Shown here piece after piece: positions 46,397 to 56,236 of a DNA stretch of 64,000 nucleotides. This stretch comes from Chloroflexota bacterium (GTDB lineage Bacteria > Chloroflexota > Chloroflexia > DAOUBH01). The notes beneath the pieces were generated by a model. It worked only from the letters and a program-made list of their open reading frames with translations, ran no database searches and was not told where the DNA came from. Position 1 is the first letter of the stretch; each line of letters starts with the position of its first letter. The stretch is taken from positions 5,396-69,395 of the forward strand of contig DAOUBH010000021.1 in NCBI GenBank assembly GCA_034432775.1, in the 5' to 3' direction. Position numbers and translations under genes: made by a program.

Positions 46397-47691
46397 ACTC
46401 TAAGGTCACGGCGTTCCCTCCGAGCGGGGGCGCTCTTCTGGAGATCATCGACACCTGTGTGCACTGTGGTCTGTGCCACCCTGTTTGCCCGACCTACACC
46501 GAGACCTTTCTGGAGGCATCATCTCCGCGTGGTCGAATCGCCCTCATGAAGGCTGTGGCAGAGCGACGCTTGTCACCTCTAGATTCTACCTTCGTTTACC
46601 AGATGGGCGAGTGCCTCGCATGTCGGGCCTGCGAGGCAGCTTGTCCCGGAGGGGTAGAGTACGGGGTGCTGATAGAGGCAGCTCGAGAACAGTTGGGGCG
46701 AAATGCACATCTATCTCTCTTGGGTCGGTTTGCTCGTTGGGTATCCTTTCAACTCCTTCTCGTGCGCCCATCACTGCTGTGTGCAGCTGCATCGGTAGTT
46801 CGCTTTTATTGCAACCGTGGCTTCAGGAAAGCTATTCGCCGCAGCGGTATGCTGGATCTTTTCAGGATCCGTCACCTGGATCAGCTGCTTCCAGATCGGA
46901 TTGGACCGTCCATGAAGGCTGGTGGCGGGCAATGGCCAGCCCACGGGGAAAAACGTGGCAATGCAGCCCTTTTAGTGGGATGTCTCATGGGTGCTGCCTT
47001 CGGCCACATTCACAGGGCTACGATATCAGTATTGAATGCCAATGGCATAACTGTAGAGGCACCCAGTGGTCAGGTGTGCTGTGGTGCCCTTCATGCTCAT
47101 TCGGGCTACATTGAAACTGCCAAGTTCCTCGGAAGGCGTAATGTCGACGTTTTCCGAAAATACGACGCCGTGATAGTAAACGCCTCTGGATGTGCCGCGC
47201 ACATGGCGGAGTACCACAAACTTCTGGCTGGCGACCCAGAGTACTCCCAGGTGGCTAAGGAAGTGGCTAGCAAGGTGTACGACCTCGCCGAGTTTTTGGC
47301 AGGTCTTGGTCCAAGGCAAGCTACCCACCCATTGCAAGGTATGACAGTAACTTATCAAGATGCATGTCACCAGCTAAATGTAAAGAAGGTGTCCTGGCAA
47401 CCGCGCATGCTTCTGACCCAGGTGGCTGGTGCCCAGTTGAAGGAGCCTTCCGAGAACCATATCTGCTGCGGAAGCGCTGGCATTTACAATGTGGTCCAGC
47501 CACAGATGGCGGGAGCCCTAGGCCGTCGGAAAGCCCGAGATCTATTGGGTACGGGTGCTAGCACGGTAGTTACCAGCAATGTGGGCTGCCTGCTTCAGAT
47601 TCAGGCAGCAGCGCGGCGCGAGGGACTTCCGTTGAAGGTCTACCACCTGGCAGAAGTGCTAGAGGCCGCCTATACTGGCGCCTCCCTTTAA
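46393..47691 (+). CDS. glcF: glycolate oxidase iron-sulfur subunit GlcF
   Basis: Two 4Fe-4S ferredoxin motifs (CVHCGLCHPVCP and CLACRACEAACP) and C-terminal CCG domains. Confidence 0.8.
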   Translation: MNSKVTAFPPSGGALLEIIDTCVHCGLCHPVCPTYTETFLEASSPRGRIALMKAVAERRLSPLDSTFVYQMGECLACRACEAACPGGVEYGVLIEAAREQLGRNAHLSLLGRFARWVSFQLLLVRPSLLCAAASVVRFYCNRGFRKAIRRSGMLDLFRIRHLDQLLPDRIGPSMKAGGGQWPAHGEKRGNAALLVGCLMGAAFGHIHRATISVLNANGITVEAPSGQVCCGALHAHSGYIETAKFLGRRNVDVFRKYDAVIVNASGCAAHMAEYHKLLAGDPEYSQVAKEVASKVYDLAEFLAGLGPRQATHPLQGMTVTYQDACHQLNVKKVSWQPRMLLTQVAGAQLKEPSENHICCGSAGIYNVVQPQMAGALGRRKARDLLGTGASTVVTSNVGCLLQIQAAARREGLPLKVYHLAEVLEAAYTGASL

Positions 47692-47775
47692 CCCAATTTC
47701 TACCTCCGTAAACTGACGCTTTCACCTCGGACATTTAATCTGGGAGTGTGGTAGGACCGGTGAAGGAGGTGGATC

Positions 47776-48219
47776 ATGTTCGAGACTATCTTGGTCCCGT
47801 TGGACGGTTCGAAGTTGGCAGAGGCCATCTTGCCGTACGTGCAGGAACTCGCGAGTCGCTTAAAGGCCCGTGTTGTGCTTCTGACTGCCGTTGAAACCCA
47901 GTACTTCGTACACCCCAGCGCCGGGGCTATTCCAGACGAGCCCGCTACCAAGGCCGTGATGGTGGACGCTGAACGATATCTTCGCAGCGTGGCCGAGGAA
48001 CTGAGGCCGGTTGTCGGCGATGTGGATGTGGTCGTCCAGGTGGGCGATGCCGCTTCGGCCATAGTGGACTACGCGAAAGAAAAGGGATGCTCGCTAATAG
48101 CGATGTCTACCCATGGTCGTAGCGGTGTCAGTCGGTGGCTGCTGGGCAGCGTTGCCGACAAGGTGGTGCACTGGGCCACTGTGCCAGTCCTCGTTTTCCG
48201 CTCGCCGGTGGGTCGTTAG
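47776..48219 (+). CDS. universal stress protein (UspA family)
   Basis: 147 aa ending in MSTHGRSGVSRWLLGSVADKVVHWATVPVLV. RBS GAAGGAGG. Confidence 0.8.
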   Translation: MFETILVPLDGSKLAEAILPYVQELASRLKARVVLLTAVETQYFVHPSAGAIPDEPATKAVMVDAERYLRSVAEELRPVVGDVDVVVQVGDAASAIVDYAKEKGCSLIAMSTHGRSGVSRWLLGSVADKVVHWATVPVLVFRSPVGR

Positions 48220-48294
48220 CTGCTGACACTCTTGGAATGCCTCTATAGCTGTGCTATCCTGTACGTGTAGGCACGGCTCACTGGAGGTGTAGCT

Positions 48295-48594
48295 ATGGCC
48301 ACGTTCATCATGCTTACCCGGGTTTCCCCCGAGGCAGTACGCAGTTTTTCTGACTACCAGGCTCTGGAGAAAGAGATTGCGGCAAAACTGAAGGAGCAGG
48401 TTCCCGAAGCAAAATGGGTAGGGAGCTATGCCGTCCTGGGGCCTTGCGACTACGTAGACATTTTTGAAGCCCCCGATGAACTAACTGCGACCAAAGTTGC
48501 CCTGATAGTTAGATCCTTCGGGCATGCCAGCACAGAAACCTGGTTGGCAACCCCCTGGGATCGCTTCGTGGAAGTTACCCAGCAGCTGAAGTGA
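48295..48594 (+). CDS. GYD domain-containing protein
   Basis: 99 aa. ATFIMLTRVSPEA start and a GPCDYVD (GxYD) motif typical of the GYD family. Confidence 0.7.
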   Translation: MATFIMLTRVSPEAVRSFSDYQALEKEIAAKLKEQVPEAKWVGSYAVLGPCDYVDIFEAPDELTATKVALIVRSFGHASTETWLATPWDRFVEVTQQLK

Positions 48595-48660
48595 ACTAGT
48601 GCTTGTATTTGGGCCTCCTGTATCATAAGATTTTTGACAGACAGACGGGGAGCTGCCGAA

Positions 48661-51321
48661 ATGGGGAGGCCCATGACTGCTGTCCAGTACTCTCAGGAGT
48701 TGCTCAGAGCCACAGCACCCATTCAGGTCGTTGCCCTAGTAATGCGTAGGCTCCGATCGCTCCTGCGGCCGGGCCCAGTGTACCTTGTGTCGACCCGCGA
48801 CTCTGTCGATGGCTTGACCGAGAGGGTATTCCCGGGGCACGACGTATTTGTCTCTTTTGAGCCTCCCAGAAATGCACGGCTATTGCGTCGAGTGCGCGAT
48901 ACTCTGGATCTGGCAGCCATGGCCCTGGACAGGTCTGCATCCTCGGATGCCTATACCTCAACGGAACTCAGCCCACAGGAACTAGCTGTAACCATGGAAG
49001 AGATAAGCGGTTGGCCCTGCCTGTTGAAACACCCATCAGGAGATGGGCCACTGGCGCAGAGCCCCCGATGGGAAAGGGGAAAGGGGATCCCTGCTTCGGC
49101 AACGCAGTCCTTAAATGTCAACTGGTACGGCCAGAGCTACATCGCTGTCTTTGATCTGGAGGGCGACCAGGTAGCAGTTGGTCACCGGCTAGAGGCTGTC
49201 AGGCAAGTTATCGGGCTCCAAGTGCAGCAAGACACCTGGCACCGTACTCTGCGCCCCTCGGGCTTCGGTGGAGTGGGACACGCACTATTGTCGCGTAGTG
49301 ACCCCGAAGACTATTTGCAAAGCATCAGGGCCGTTGCTTTGACTGCCCTGCGCCTGCTGGATCTGGATGCAGCCCTGGTCGCAGTGAGGCAGGCGGGGGC
49401 CGCCTCCGTGCTGGCCGCGGTCGGGCCAGTTGCGGATAGCCTGCAGCGCTATCTAGAAACACAGGGTGGGGTGGAGCGCTTTCACCGCCCTGCCCTTCTC
49501 GGAGGCATGACGGTCTCGGGTTCCGAATATTCTGTGCTGGTTAGGCCGATTACTGCGGCAGGGCGTAATCTAGGCGCATTGACGGTAGCTAGGCGTTCAC
49601 GGACGTTCCATGGCATAGACTTCGATGTGCTGGAGACATTGGAGGTCCTGCTATCGCAGCTCATAGTAAGCAGATTGCTGAAACACGAGCTGGAGAACCG
49701 TTTGCAGGATCTAGATCTCCTCTGGGAGATCACGAATCTAGTTGCAGAGTTGAAGACCCCCGACAGAATTCTGGATGCCGTAGCACATTTTTGCATACGG
49801 CTTGGGAGGGCAGATGCGGTCGCAGTCTTCGCCAAGGGTACGAATGACACTTTGGAACCGCTGATCAATTACTTTGCTGACGGACACCATAAATTGGAAT
49901 CGATCAGTGTCAAGGCCCTCGAGTCTCTGGTTAGAGGGGCCATTGTGGTGTCTTATCGTCGAGGGGAGACAGGTTCATACTCTCTGCCAGGTGGCCTCGG
50001 TGCCCTCTTGGAAAAATATCACTTGGCCCTTTTCTATCTGAAAGCGGATGTGCCCCTGGGAGCTGTACTGCTGGGCAGAGAAGCTGGTCCTTTTTCTGGG
50101 CGTGAAATGCGCCTGCTGACCATAGTTCTTCGGCAAGTCTCGATGGCCTTGCGCAATGCTGAACTCTTCTACGCGGCCGATCATGAACGGGCTCTTTTGA
50201 GGACCTTGTTCGAGCAGGCCTCCGACGGCATAATGCTGGTGGACGGCAATCTACAGGTGGTGGGCTTCAACAAGGCAATGGAGCAAATCACGGGCTGGAG
50301 GGCCGATGAGCTGATCGGCCGAAGGTGCCGTGATTTTATGGCCTGCAGAGGCAGTGACGGCAGCCCTATGTGTCTCGATGGATGCCCTGCCTTGGAGGCG
50401 ATCTGGAACCACGGCCAACTGCCTTATGTAGAGCTTCACGTGGTTGACCGAGAAGGTCGTCGCAAGGACTTAGCCGTGAGCTTCTCTTACGTTCCCTCGC
50501 CAGAGAATCCCGATTTGTCCTACAGCCTGGCCATTGTGCGCGATGTAACGGAAGTGCGAGCCGCGGAGCAGGTGAGAAATCAACTGGTCTCAGCTGTGTC
50601 CCACGAGTTGCGCACACCGCTGGCGGCTCTGAAAGCGTCGATATCTCTACTCCGGGCCTCGCTCCCCGGAAACGTAGTCGAACCCTCGAGTCCGGTGGTA
50701 AAGCTTGTGGAAAATGCCGAGAGGAGCGTGGACAGGCTTACGCGTATCGTAGAGGATTCTCTGGATCTGGCGCGTGCTCAGGTAGGCAGGCTTGCACTCA
50801 AGCGGGAAGGCGTGGATCTGGTGGAAGTAGCCGCTGCCGTAGCGGGCTCTCTCCAGCCCCTGGCATCCAGCAAGGGCCAGAAGATAGTTCTGAGGGGTCA
50901 AGGAAGTCCTGCCCTGGTTCTCGGCGACAGAACGAGGTTAGAGCAGACCCTCACAAACCTGGTATCGAACGCTATTAAATATGGGCCCGAGAACTCGGAA
51001 GTAGAAATCATCGTGGGACGCAAGGGTCCCTCAGTCAGGCTAGAGATACTCGATAAGGGCCCTGGCGTGCCTCCTCACGAGCAGATGGCAATTTTCGAGC
51101 CTTTCTACAGGGGCACCAATGTGCCCCGTGAGGTAAAGGGCTCGGGTCTGGGGCTGGCAGTGGCAAAGTCTCTGACCGAGCTGCACGGAGGACGGATATG
51201 GGTGCGGAACCGTCCTAACGGGGGTGCAGCATTTGTCGTCGAGCTTCCTGCCCTACACCCGGATTTCTTGCAAGGTTCTGCTGCTTCTTCAGACGCTGAT
51301 GAGAGTGTTGCTAGTAGATGA
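48661..51321 (+). CDS. sensor histidine kinase (N-terminal unknown region - GAF - Cys4-PAS - HisKA - HATPase_c)
   Basis: HisKA H-box VSHELRTPLAAL. HATPase N/G boxes (LVSNAIKYG, GSGLGLAV). PAS with C-x5-C-x8-C-x3-C. The start ATG at 48661 follows a GACGGGGAG RBS. The ORF itself opens at a TTG at 48634. Confidence 0.85.
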   Translation: MGRPMTAVQYSQELLRATAPIQVVALVMRRLRSLLRPGPVYLVSTRDSVDGLTERVFPGHDVFVSFEPPRNARLLRRVRDTLDLAAMALDRSASSDAYTSTELSPQELAVTMEEISGWPCLLKHPSGDGPLAQSPRWERGKGIPASATQSLNVNWYGQSYIAVFDLEGDQVAVGHRLEAVRQVIGLQVQQDTWHRTLRPSGFGGVGHALLSRSDPEDYLQSIRAVALTALRLLDLDAALVAVRQAGAASVLAAVGPVADSLQRYLETQGGVERFHRPALLGGMTVSGSEYSVLVRPITAAGRNLGALTVARRSRTFHGIDFDVLETLEVLLSQLIVSRLLKHELENRLQDLDLLWEITNLVAELKTPDRILDAVAHFCIRLGRADAVAVFAKGTNDTLEPLINYFADGHHKLESISVKALESLVRGAIVVSYRRGETGSYSLPGGLGALLEKYHLALFYLKADVPLGAVLLGREAGPFSGREMRLLTIVLRQVSMALRNAELFYAADHERALLRTLFEQASDGIMLVDGNLQVVGFNKAMEQITGWRADELIGRRCRDFMACRGSDGSPMCLDGCPALEAIWNHGQLPYVELHVVDREGRRKDLAVSFSYVPSPENPDLSYSLAIVRDVTEVRAAEQVRNQLVSAVSHELRTPLAALKASISLLRASLPGNVVEPSSPVVKLVENAERSVDRLTRIVEDSLDLARAQVGRLALKREGVDLVEVAAAVAGSLQPLASSKGQKIVLRGQGSPALVLGDRTRLEQTLTNLVSNAIKYGPENSEVEIIVGRKGPSVRLEILDKGPGVPPHEQMAIFEPFYRGTNVPREVKGSGLGLAVAKSLTELHGGRIWVRNRPNGGAAFVVELPALHPDFLQGSAASSDADESVASR

Positions 51322-51997
51322 CGATCCTGACATCTTAGAGAGCCTACGTCTCAGCTTTCAGCTGCAATGGCAGGGAGCCGAGGTGTATACTGCCCTCTCG
51401 GGCGAAGAGGCGCTAGAAATGTTCTATCAGGTCAAGCCCCACGTGATCCTGCTGGATGTCATGCTGCCGCGATTAAGCGGTTACGAGGTCCTCAAGCGGA
51501 TACGGCAGGTCTCTGATGTGCCGGTCATAATGCTAACAGCTCGCGATGAAGAGATCGATAAAGTTAAGGGGTTAGAGCTTGGGGCCGACGACTACATAAC
51601 TAAGCCTTTCGGTTACCTGGAGCTCTTCGCAAGGATCCGTGCTGTTCTCCGCCGGTCAAGCGGAATCCCTTCGGGGGAAACACTCCCGCGGATGGATCTG
51701 GGCGAGCTAGTGATCGACTTCTCCACCCGCGAGGTGTTCCTACGGGGGCGCCGGATAGCCTTGACGCCCATAGAGTATCGCTTGCTTTACATTCTTGTCA
51801 GAAATGCGGGCCGTACAGTACCTTCTGAGACCCTCCTCGCCCGGGTGTGGGGAGACGCCTTCAGAGACAGATCGGACTACCTGAAGGTATACATTAACCG
51901 TCTCAGGGCAAAGCTCGAAGACGACACTGATCACCCCGTGTTCATAGCCACTGAGCGAGGTGTGGGTTACCGGTTTATGAAGCCGCCACATCCTTAG
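51299..51997 (+). CDS. response regulator transcription factor (OmpR/PhoB family)
   Basis: Receiver domain (MRVLLVDDDPDI, phospho-Asp in ILLDVMLP) and a winged-helix trans_reg_C (ERGVGYRF). Overlaps the HK gene by 23 nt. Confidence 0.9.
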   Translation: MRVLLVDDDPDILESLRLSFQLQWQGAEVYTALSGEEALEMFYQVKPHVILLDVMLPRLSGYEVLKRIRQVSDVPVIMLTARDEEIDKVKGLELGADDYITKPFGYLELFARIRAVLRRSSGIPSGETLPRMDLGELVIDFSTREVFLRGRRIALTPIEYRLLYILVRNAGRTVPSETLLARVWGDAFRDRSDYLKVYINRLRAKLEDDTDHPVFIATERGVGYRFMKPPHP

Positions 51998-52100
51998 GGC
52001 ATAGTGGTTCCCATATCCCCTAATAAACCATTATAATCAGATTAAGCAACAATTGGCGCCAACGGCGGTGCCTAACAACAACGTTGTAGGGAGAGGACTT

Positions 52101-53108
52101 ATGGCTATCAAAGTGCCCCGTGTAGACCAGGACCGCGGCTTCGAAGGGTTCGATGAAGATGCCCTCCGCAACCTTTATCGGTCGATGGTGCTCATCCGCA
52201 AATTCGAGGAAAAGGCTGCTGAGATGTACCTTCGAGCCAAGATTGCTGGCTATCTCCATCTCAATATTGGAGAAGAAGCCAGCGTTGTCGGAATAGTTGC
52301 AGGCCTCCGCGACGATGACTATATCTTCGATGGATATCGAGACCATGGGTACGTGTTGGCCAGGGGTACGGATCCCAGGCTAGTTATGGCGGAGCTGTTC
52401 GGCAGGATCGGCGGCCTGGTAAAAGGCCGCAGCGGGTCGATGCACCTGTTCGACCCGGAACGCCGGTTCATGGGCGGCTATGCGATCGTAGGTGGATCAA
52501 TGCCCTTAGCCGTGGGAGCTGCCCTGGCTTTAAAGTATCAGCGGCGAGACGAAATTGTTGCTAACGTATTCGGCGATGGCAGTACCAACATTGGAGCCTT
52601 CCACGAGTCTCTCAATGTGGCATCTCTTTGGAAACTGCCGATACTCTTCATCATAGTTAACAATCAGTATGGTATGGGCACGGCCGTGCCCAGGGCCTCA
52701 GCTGTCAAAGAGCTGTACCGGAAGGCGGCGGCCTACGACATGCCTTCTCAGCAAGTGGATGGCATGGATCTATTGGCGGTGATCGAGGCAGTGAGATCGG
52801 CTGCTGAGCGAGCACGCACCGAAAACGTTCCAACCTTGCTCGAACTGGTCACCTATCGGTATCGCGGCCACTCCATGGCTGATCCCGGACGTTACCGGAG
52901 CGACGAAGAAGTGCGGGAGTGGATGGCCAGAGATCCCATCGAGAGGTTTAGATCGCGCCTTATCGAGAGCGGTACGTTCGATCCAGCGACCCTCGAGGCC
53001 TGCGATGCCGAGGTTGAAGAAATCGTGGCAGACGCTGTGCGCTTTGCCGACGCGAGTCCAGAGCCGGGTCCAGACGAACTGTTCCGTTACGTATATGTAG
53101 AAATGTAG
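52101..53108 (+). CDS. pdhA: 2-oxoacid (pyruvate/acetoin-type) dehydrogenase E1 component alpha subunit
   Basis: TPP-binding motif FGDGSTNIGAFHESLNVASLWKLPILFIIVNNQYGMGT. RBS GGGAGAGGA. Confidence 0.85.
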   Translation: MAIKVPRVDQDRGFEGFDEDALRNLYRSMVLIRKFEEKAAEMYLRAKIAGYLHLNIGEEASVVGIVAGLRDDDYIFDGYRDHGYVLARGTDPRLVMAELFGRIGGLVKGRSGSMHLFDPERRFMGGYAIVGGSMPLAVGAALALKYQRRDEIVANVFGDGSTNIGAFHESLNVASLWKLPILFIIVNNQYGMGTAVPRASAVKELYRKAAAYDMPSQQVDGMDLLAVIEAVRSAAERARTENVPTLLELVTYRYRGHSMADPGRYRSDEEVREWMARDPIERFRSRLIESGTFDPATLEACDAEVEEIVADAVRFADASPEPGPDELFRYVYVEM

Positions 53109-53117
53109 GGTGACGCC

Positions 53118-54113
53118 ATGGGAACGATGACATATCGGGAAGCTTTGAACCAAGCTCTCAGGGAAGAGCTGCAACGGGACCCAAGGGTCATCCTCATCGG
53201 CGAAGATATAGGACTTTTCGAAGGCGCTTACAAGGTGACGGCGGGGCTTTATCGAGAATTCGGTGAGGAGCGGGTGATCGATGCGCCAATCGCTGAGGAG
53301 GTGATCGTAGGAGCTGGAATAGGGGCTGCCATGCTCGGTCTTAAGCCGGTGGTTGAAATCATGACTGTTAACTTTGTTCTGGTTGCGATAGACCAGATCA
53401 TAAACAATGCTGCAAAGATACGCGATATGTTTGCAGGCATGGCCGAGGCGCCGGTGGTTATCCGCACTCCTCAAGGAGCCGGCCAGCAGCTGGCAGCCCA
53501 GCATTCCCAGTCCTTCGATGTGTTCTTTGCCCATGTTCCTGGGCTGAAAGTGGTGGCACCTGCCTTCCCAGCCGATGCTAAGGGTTTGCTGAAGGCCTCC
53601 ATTCGTGGACGGGACCCCGTGATATTTCTCGAGCATTTGAGCCTTTACAACACGAGGGGCGAAGTCCCCGATGGGGACTATACTGTTCCCATCGGCGTTG
53701 CAAAGGTTGTTCGTAAGGGCCGCGACGTGAGCCTGATAGCTCACTCTAGGATGACTTTGGTGGCCCTGGAAGCTGCGGGACGACTGCAGGACATGGGGAT
53801 CGAGGCAGAAGTTATTGACCTAAGGTCGCTTCGACCTTTGGATAGGCAGACGGTGCTAGAATCTGTTCGTCGCACCAATCGGGCAGTGGTAGTCGAAGAA
53901 AATTGGCGCAGCTTTGGGGTTGGTGCTGAGATAGCAGCCTCAATACAAGAAGACGCCTTCGACTACTTGGATGCCCCCGTTATCCGGGTGGCCACGAAAG
54001 AGGTACCTATGCCCTACGCCCGCAGTCTGGAGCAGCTTGCGCTACCCCACGCGGAAGATGTTGTCAATGCAGCCTTGAGAACCCTTGGCAGGTCGGTCAG
54101 GAGTGTTGCCTGA
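53118..54113 (+). CDS. pdhB: 2-oxoacid dehydrogenase E1 component beta subunit
   Basis: Transketolase-like pyrimidine-binding and C-terminal domains (REALNQALREEL..VILIGEDIG). Confidence 0.85.
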   Translation: MGTMTYREALNQALREELQRDPRVILIGEDIGLFEGAYKVTAGLYREFGEERVIDAPIAEEVIVGAGIGAAMLGLKPVVEIMTVNFVLVAIDQIINNAAKIRDMFAGMAEAPVVIRTPQGAGQQLAAQHSQSFDVFFAHVPGLKVVAPAFPADAKGLLKASIRGRDPVIFLEHLSLYNTRGEVPDGDYTVPIGVAKVVRKGRDVSLIAHSRMTLVALEAAGRLQDMGIEAEVIDLRSLRPLDRQTVLESVRRTNRAVVVEENWRSFGVGAEIAASIQEDAFDYLDAPVIRVATKEVPMPYARSLEQLALPHAEDVVNAALRTLGRSVRSVA

Positions 54114-54114
54114 A

Positions 54115-55317
54115 ATGCCTGAAGAGATAGTTATGCCACGGCTGAGCGACACAATGCAACAAGGCACCATAGTGCGGTGGCTCAAGAAGGAGGGGGACAA
54201 CGTATCGAAGGACGAGGTCGTGGCTGAAGTGGAGACGGATAAAGCTATCATGGAGCTTCAGTCCTACGTCGCTGGGACCCTGGAAAAGATACTCGTCCCC
54301 GAGGGTGGATCGGCGCCGATAGGAGCACCCATTGCAGTGATACGACTTCCTGGAGAGAGCCTGGCCGAAAGCGCACCCGGTTCGGTCGCTGAGACAGCTC
54401 CACGCGAAGCGATTCCAGAACGCCGGCCCCCAGAAACCCGGGTTAAGGCATCGCCCTTAGCGCGCCGTATAGCCGAGGAATTAGGGGTGGATCTTGCCCA
54501 AGTCACAGGTACGGGCGAGGGCGGCCGGATCACCCGGGAAGATGTCCTGGCCTACGTGGAGCAGCGACGACAAACGACTTATCCCCAGGTCGTGGTTTCC
54601 TCCGAGGCAGCTCCGGTCACCAGCGTTACCCAGTCGATAGAGCGGCCACTGGGCCACATCCAGAAAGTCATTGCGAGACGGATGGTCGAAAGCAAGTCCA
54701 CTGTGCCTCATTTCTATGTCACCATGGAAGTCGACATGGATGCGGCCCTTCGTCTCCGCGACGAGGTCAATGCGACCCTCCGCGACCAAGGCCTTGAGCT
54801 GAGCGTTAACGATATAGTCTTGAAGGCTGTTGCGCTGGCGTTAAGAGCTATGCCGGAGGTGAATGCCAGCTATGCGGGCGACAAGCTGATGGTGCATCAA
54901 CGTGTCAATGTGGGCATAGCTGTGGGAACGGATGATCTGCTGTTGGTACCTGTCATCAAAGACTGCGATAGAAAGAGTCTGCGGGAGATCGCGGCAGAGT
55001 CCCGTCAGCTGATCGAGAAAGCCAGAGCTGGCAGGCTTTCCGTAGAGGACGTGGAGGGAGGTACTTTCACTGTCTCCAACCTCGGCATGTATGGCGTGGA
55101 CGAGTTTAACGCCATTGTAAATCCTCCTCAGGCCGCCATCTTGGCTGTAGGTGCCGTGCAACCTAAGCCTGTGGTTCTGGAAGGGCAGATTGTCGTGAGA
55201 CAGCGTGCCCGGCTCACCCTCTCTGCCGATCATAGAGTCTTCTACGGAGTTACGGCTGCGAAATTCCTTGGACGCGTTCGCGAATTCCTGGAGAGACCGA
55301 TGCTCCTCCTGCTTTAG
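54115..55317 (+). CDS. dihydrolipoamide acyltransferase E2 component (single lipoyl domain)
   Basis: Lipoyl-lysine motif VETDKAIMEL. E3-binding domain (SPLARRIAEELGVDL). Catalytic domain DHRVFYG. Confidence 0.85.
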   Translation: MPEEIVMPRLSDTMQQGTIVRWLKKEGDNVSKDEVVAEVETDKAIMELQSYVAGTLEKILVPEGGSAPIGAPIAVIRLPGESLAESAPGSVAETAPREAIPERRPPETRVKASPLARRIAEELGVDLAQVTGTGEGGRITREDVLAYVEQRRQTTYPQVVVSSEAAPVTSVTQSIERPLGHIQKVIARRMVESKSTVPHFYVTMEVDMDAALRLRDEVNATLRDQGLELSVNDIVLKAVALALRAMPEVNASYAGDKLMVHQRVNVGIAVGTDDLLLVPVIKDCDRKSLREIAAESRQLIEKARAGRLSVEDVEGGTFTVSNLGMYGVDEFNAIVNPPQAAILAVGAVQPKPVVLEGQIVVRQRARLTLSADHRVFYGVTAAKFLGRVREFLERPMLLLL

Positions 55318-55374
55318 TGCTTGTATCATAGGGCTATTCTGTAGCTTAGGGATGCCACCTCAGGAGGGAACGCA

Positions 55375-56187
55375 GTGACAACGCTCCCATCGATTTGGTT
55401 AAACGAGCTTACATGGCAGGAGGTAGCCAATTATCTTGAAAGCCGCAAGACTATCTTAATACCTGTTGGGAGTACCGAGCAGCACGGCCCGGCTGGACCG
55501 CTGGGTCTGGACACTTATGTGGCCATCGCCCTGGCCGAAGACGCAGCTCGTCAATCTGGCTGCCTCATCAGTCCCCCACTGTGGTTTGGTGATGCTACCC
55601 ATCACATGGGTTTCCCAGGGACTATCTCACTCCAGCCGGCGACTCTAACTGAAGTTGTAAAGGACATTTGCCGGAGCCTTGCCAGGCACGGCTTTAAGCG
55701 CCAAGTGTTGGTGAACGGCCACAAGATGACCAACTTGGCTCCGTTGCAAGCGGCGGTTAGGTGGCTGAGAGAGCACGAGCTCCGGGACACCATTGTAGCT
55801 ATAGTGGACCCCATGTACTTGGCAAGGGGTATAGCATCTCAGATCAAGGAGGCTCCGGAGCACCATGCAGGCGAACTAGAGGTATCCCACCTGTGGCACA
55901 AGTATCCCCATCTGATCAGAACGGATAGGCTCACTAAAGAGAACGTAGACCTTAAGGGCAAAATATCCCCCTTTGCTCTGTCGGACCTGTTCGGTCCATC
56001 GGGTGACACGGTGGAGATTCCTTGGAACAGCTACGAACAGAGACTTCTTGCGCCCGATGGCGCCTTCAGCGCTTCGCTGGCAGCTAGCCCTGAAAAAGGC
56101 CGTCGTTACCATGAATACATGGTGCAGAATCTTGTGCGCCTGATAGAGTGGCTCGAAGGCTATTCCGGTCCTTTGGGCACTGCTTGA
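55375..56187 (+). CDS. creatininase family protein (creatinine amidohydrolase/ArfB/MftE-like)
   Basis: IPVGSTEQHGPAGPLGLDT metal-binding motif. GTG start. Confidence 0.75.
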   Translation: MTTLPSIWLNELTWQEVANYLESRKTILIPVGSTEQHGPAGPLGLDTYVAIALAEDAARQSGCLISPPLWFGDATHHMGFPGTISLQPATLTEVVKDICRSLARHGFKRQVLVNGHKMTNLAPLQAAVRWLREHELRDTIVAIVDPMYLARGIASQIKEAPEHHAGELEVSHLWHKYPHLIRTDRLTKENVDLKGKISPFALSDLFGPSGDTVEIPWNSYEQRLLAPDGAFSASLAASPEKGRRYHEYMVQNLVRLIEWLEGYSGPLGTA

Positions 56188-56221
56188 CTCACCGCCGGTG
56201 TCGACGCACGCGGTGAGTCAA
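56184..56221. terminator. 12-bp perfect inverted repeat (TTGACTCACCGC / GCGGTGAGTCAA) between convergent genes
   Basis: The stem includes the creatininase stop codon. The 14-nt loop contains a GTCGAC palindrome. It lies 16 nt before the agmatinase stop on the opposite strand. No U tract. Confidence 0.45.
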
Positions 56222-56236
56222 GCATCATGAAGGTTA

